From Candidatus Micrarchaeota archaeon (GTDB lineage Archaea; B1Sed10-29; JAJRYS01): a DNA stretch of 19,164 nt. The first letter of the stretch is position 1; every line of letters begins with the position of its first letter. The position numbers and the translations under genes were made by a program. The DNA lies in NCBI GenBank assembly GCA_964496415.1, contig CAZBZN010000009.1, positions 7,792 to 26,955 on the forward strand, written 5' to 3'. The notes beneath the pieces are model-generated. The model was given only the letters and a program-made list of their open reading frames with translations, was not told where the DNA came from and searched no databases. Shown here in pieces: positions 15,885 to 19,164 of the stretch.

Positions 15885-17114
15885 CTAACCCCATTTTATT
15901 AACGCATGCCTTAATTCAATATTATCCTCAGCATACTCCTTCAAACTAACCCCATTCATCACAGCTTCAATTGCTTGCCTTGCAGCCATTGCTCCTGCAA
16001 CAGTCCCATCAGGATGACCATGAATCCCACCGCCCATCTGGATTATCACATCCTTTCCCAGATACTTTATTAAAGAAGGCACATGAACAGGACTAAGACC
16101 ACCTGAAGCAACTGGAAAAACAGGCTTCAAGCCATGCATTTTTGCTTTTAATGCCCTGTTAATCTCCTGAACTTCTTTTTTTCCACCTTCCATCTTACCA
16201 ACAATAGTGCCAGTATGAAGCTGGTCAACCCCAATCAACCTAAAAACTTTTGCAAGAACAAGCATTGAAACACCATGAGCTTTATTCCTAGTGACAGCAG
16301 CATGCATTGCCCTATGAGCATGAATAATCAAACCCTTGCTATTCTCCCTAACAGTCTGTACTGCTGAAAAACCAGCAGTCAAGACATCAACCATAACATA
16401 CTTTCCACCATGTTCTCTTACAAAATCCAACCTATCAAGCATTTCATCAACTTCAGCAGTAATATTAGGCATGTAAGCTTTTCTCTCTCCAGTTTCTTCT
16501 TCAGCCAAGTCTTGTTTTTCAAGAGTCCTCACTATTCTTTCCTTAAAGGGGTTAAACCTCTGAGAAGAAAGATTCTCATCATCCTTAACCAAGTCACAGC
16601 CACCATACCAAGCCTCATAAGCAACTTCAGAATGCTGTTTTGGACCAAGCCCTATCTTAGGTTTAACTATAGTGCCAAGTAACGGTCTGTCCTTCACTTT
16701 AAGTTTTTTTCTTACTCCATGAAGTCCAAACCTTGGGCCCTTAAAAGACTTCACAATCCCTTTAGTGAAAATCACGTCCTCAAGCCGAAGACTCTCAACA
16801 GCTTTCATTCCAAAAATGTTTCCAGCAATAGAAGAAAGAATCTGAGGCATGTTCCCTTTCTCAAAAAGAATCTCAGGATAAGAAACAAAAGCCTTACCTT
16901 TACTTAGCTTGAAAACCCTTGCCCTAATACTCCAAGTATGCTTAGTAGCAGTAGTCACTTTAGTCCAAGTGCCTACTGATGATTCTGCTGCAACAGCACA
17001 AGCAGCTTCTTTTAAACTAACGCCCTTAGCTGGTTTAATCTTAAACTCACATACCAAATGCTTTGAAGTAGGCTTATGCCTTGAATCATAATAATCTAAA
17101 TACACATTACTCAT
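15885..17114 (-). CDS. rbcL: Form III RuBisCO large subunit
   Basis: Active-site motifs intact: 'AESSVGTWT', 'AGN', 'KPK', 'GGCDLVKDDEN', 'HAHRAMHAA', 'LHTGTIVGKM', 'SGG' and 'GGGIHGHP'. Ends 'KWG' with no small subunit. ATG at 17114 (MSNVYLDY) is preferred, since 17153 would lie upstream of the promoter. Confidence 0.93.
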   Translation of the reverse strand: MSNVYLDYYDSRHKPTSKHLVCEFKIKPAKGVSLKEAACAVAAESSVGTWTKVTTATKHTWSIRARVFKLSKGKAFVSYPEILFEKGNMPQILSSIAGNIFGMKAVESLRLEDVIFTKGIVKSFKGPRFGLHGVRKKLKVKDRPLLGTIVKPKIGLGPKQHSEVAYEAWYGGCDLVKDDENLSSQRFNPFKERIVRTLEKQDLAEEETGERKAYMPNITAEVDEMLDRLDFVREHGGKYVMVDVLTAGFSAVQTVRENSKGLIIHAHRAMHAAVTRNKAHGVSMLVLAKVFRLIGVDQLHTGTIVGKMEGGKKEVQEINRALKAKMHGLKPVFPVASGGLSPVHVPSLIKYLGKDVIIQMGGGIHGHPDGTVAGAMAARQAIEAVMNGVSLKEYAEDNIELRHALIKWG

Positions 17115-17129
17115 GAAATCAAAAACACT

Positions 17130-17152
17130 GAAAAAGTTTATAAAGTTTGCCA
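17130..17152. promoter_or_regulatory. Palindromic TATA (TTTATAAA, 17137-17144), probably shared by rbcL and the kaiC-like gene
   Basis: Lies 22 nt from the rbcL ATG (leaderless spacing) and 33 nt from the kaiC-like ATG. BRE-like purine runs flank it on each strand (GAAAAAG on +, GGCAAAC on -). Confidence 0.55.
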
Positions 17153-17177
17153 TTATTATTGATAACAGGTGAAAAAC

Positions 17178-17885
17178 ATGGCAAGAGTACCAACAGGAAT
17201 CCCTGGACTTGATGAACTAATCCAAGGAGGGTTTCTTGAAGGAGCAAGCATCTTAGTAAGCGGAGGAGCTGGAACTGGAAAAACAATCTTCGCCTTACAA
17301 TACATTTACAACGGCGCTGCTGAATACGGTGACCCAGGATTATACATAACAATGGAAGAAGGAGCCACTAACTTATGGTGGAACATGAAATCATTCAAAT
17401 GGAACCTTACAAAATACGAACAAGAAGGCTTGATAAAAATCTACAAAGTTGGAATGATTGAACCAGCTGAGTTTGCTAAAAAATTCACAGATGAAGTTGA
17501 AAAAATAAAAAACATGGTTGACGAAATGGATGCTAAGAGACTAGTAATCGACTCAACCACTGCTTTTGGAATGTGGATGGGAAGCGAGGCAAAAATAAGA
17601 TACGGATTATTCAAGCTTGCTGAAGAACTAAAAGAATTAAAATGCACTACTGTAATGACTGCAGAAACTCTTGGAAAAAGAGACCAATTTTCAAGATTCG
17701 GAGTTGAAGAATTCATAGCTGACGGAGTAATAGCCTTGTATTTCATGCCTCCGCAAAGAGCATTATTCGTAAGAAAAATGCGTGGAACAAAACACGACCA
17801 AAAAATTCATCCTTACATAATAGGGGAAAAAGGAATAGAAGTAATGCCAAAAGAAGAAATACTGTGGGAAAGCCTTAATAGGTAA
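17178..17885 (+). CDS. Single-domain KaiC-like (RAD55/aRadC) ATPase
   Basis: 'RVPTGIPGLDELIQGG', Walker A 'GGAGTGKT', 'YITMEE', Walker B 'RLVIDS', 'ADGVIAL' and 'RKMRGT'. The AGGTGA RBS favours ATG at 17178. Confidence 0.9.
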   Translation: MARVPTGIPGLDELIQGGFLEGASILVSGGAGTGKTIFALQYIYNGAAEYGDPGLYITMEEGATNLWWNMKSFKWNLTKYEQEGLIKIYKVGMIEPAEFAKKFTDEVEKIKNMVDEMDAKRLVIDSTTAFGMWMGSEAKIRYGLFKLAEELKELKCTTVMTAETLGKRDQFSRFGVEEFIADGVIALYFMPPQRALFVRKMRGTKHDQKIHPYIIGEKGIEVMPKEEILWESLNR

Positions 17886-17886
17886 A

Positions 17887-18099
17887 TTAAAATTCTTCGT
17901 ATTCTAAGTCCATTTCAATTTCTTCAACTGCCTCAAGAGCATCTGGAATGACCACGTCAAGCTTTCTTCTCTTCTTAATTACCTCTAATTCTGTCTCACA
18001 ATACGGACAGTTGATCAAGTCGCCGTCTTTTGCTCTCTTTGACAAGTTGAATTCTTTCCCACACTTAGAACATCTGACTTTTTGACCCTGGCCAGGCAT
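17887..18099 (-). CDS. LysW-like Zn-ribbon protein with an acidic tail
   Basis: CSKC-x-'GDLINCPYCETELEV' resembles LysW 'GE.V.C..CG.ELEV', but the protein ends ...DLEYEEF rather than EDWGE. Confidence 0.65.
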   Translation of the reverse strand: MPGQGQKVRCSKCGKEFNLSKRAKDGDLINCPYCETELEVIKKRRKLDVVIPDALEAVEEIEMDLEYEEF

Positions 18100-18166
18100 A
18101 GCTATTAGTTTGAAAAAAAGAAATATTTAAAGGTATGTTTTTTATATCCTACAGGCTAAACTATTA

Positions 18167-18871
18167 ATGGTGACGCATTTGGAACTAGATTTAGTCTCCT
18201 TAATTGAACAACCAGAATGGAAGCAAATGCTTTTTGACATTGTTAAAAAAGAAAAAATGGACCCATGGAATATTGACATCGCATTCTTAGCAGCAAAGTT
18301 CCTTGAAAGGATAAATGAAATGAAAAAACTTGACTTCAGAATCCCTGCAAACGCAGTGCTAGCGTCAAGTATCCTTTTAAGATTTAAGTCAGACTCATGG
18401 AAGATAACTGAAGAAAAAGAAGAATACCCACTAGTTTTCATTCCAGATTACTTGATAGAAGAACCAACAATACCTGAACTAGAACCAGTGACAAGAATAA
18501 CCAAAAGGCAAGTAACTTTAGAAGAATTAATAAAAGCAGTAGAAGATGCTATGGAAAAAGAAAAGAAGAAAAAAACAATCAAACGCATTGAAAAAGAACC
18601 ACTACCAAAGACAATAATAAACTTGGTTGCTTCAAAAGAAGATGACTTTGAAAAACTAGTAAACGAAGTACTGGAAAAAGTAAAAGAAAAAGCAGATTCT
18701 CAAAAAATGGTCTTGTTCTCTCAGCTTCTTGAAAAAAAAGACGTGGATGAAGTAATAAAGCATTTAATTCCATTACTTCACCTTGCACATAAAGAAAAAA
18801 TCCACATGTGGCAAGAAAAGATCTTTGGGGAAATATTCATAAGGCTGATAGGTGAAGATAATGCAGGCTAA
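18167..18871 (+). CDS. scpA: Segregation and condensation protein A (kleisin)
   Basis: 'DPWNIDI...FL', 'ANAVLASSILLRFKS', 'RQVTLEELIKA' and C-terminal wHTH 'PLLHLA...QEKIFGEI'; overlaps scpB. Confidence 0.9.
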   Translation: MVTHLELDLVSLIEQPEWKQMLFDIVKKEKMDPWNIDIAFLAAKFLERINEMKKLDFRIPANAVLASSILLRFKSDSWKITEEKEEYPLVFIPDYLIEEPTIPELEPVTRITKRQVTLEELIKAVEDAMEKEKKKKTIKRIEKEPLPKTIINLVASKEDDFEKLVNEVLEKVKEKADSQKMVLFSQLLEKKDVDEVIKHLIPLLHLAHKEKIHMWQEKIFGEIFIRLIGEDNAG

Positions 18872-19164
18872 AAAAATAGCAGAAGCAGCCTTATTCATGT
18901 CACCAGAACCACTAACAATCAACGAACTTGCCAAAACCATGAAAGTAGAATCAATAGCAGTAGCATTAAAAATCCTTGAAGACCTTGAAAAAGAATTCAA
19001 TTCACGGGACTCTGCACTTGAAATAATAAAAGAAAACGGCAAATACTTAATGAGGGTAAAAAAAGAATTCTTGCCATATGTTTCTCATTTAGCAGTAGCG
19101 CCTGAATTTTCAAAAGCAGTGCTAAGAACGCTTGGGCTGATTGCAATAAAACAACCTGTAAAAC
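18861..19164 (+). CDS. scpB: Segregation and condensation protein B, partial
   Basis: Manual translation gives MQAKKIAEAALFMSPEPLTINELAK...LEIIKENGKYLMRVK...SKAVLRTLGLIAIKQPVK. GGTGA RBS; runs off the window end and is absent from the ORF track. Confidence 0.9.
   Translation, partial: MQAKKIAEAALFMSPEPLTINELAKTMKVESIAVALKILEDLEKEFNSRDSALEIIKENGKYLMRVKKEFLPYVSHLAVAPEFSKAVLRTLGLIAIKQPVK

Noticed and set aside
17178..17885. Circadian clock interpretation of the KaiC-like gene
   Set aside because: It is single-domain with no kaiA/kaiB nearby, and such ATPases are common in archaea.
3066..19042. Numerous 60-126 aa ORFs nested antisense within leuS, dys, the antiporter, metG, xpd, rbcL, the kaiC-like gene and scpAB
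   Set aside because: They overlap well-supported genes and show no motifs, so they are shadow ORFs.

Overview
Very gene-dense, AT-rich archaeal chromosomal window. A DPANN-like lineage is inferred from the compaction, form III RuBisCO, eS26 and intron-rich tRNAs; this is not proven. Left to right: a long coiled-coil ORF running off the left edge, an archaeosortase/exosortase-family protein, two hypotheticals, a SAM methyltransferase coupled to leuS, tRNA-Arg(TCT), deoxyhypusine synthase, tRNA-Trp(CCA), rps26e, a YdjM-like membrane hydrolase, an NhaP-type antiporter, metG with small neighbours, DedA/VTT, CDP-alcohol phosphatidyltransferase, an XPD/Rad3 helicase, a Zn micro-protein, form III RuBisCO divergent from a single-domain KaiC ATPase, a LysW-like Zn ribbon, and scpA-scpB. 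The most striking signals are RNA-level and absent from the ORF track. tRNA-Arg carries a 47-nt D-loop intron (17/17a). tRNA-Trp carries two introns: a 31-nt non-canonical one at 26/27, and a compact 55-nt one at 37/38 that looks like a box C/D guide whose D' guide targets C34 of its own host tRNA. No CRISPR array, transposase or integrase was seen.
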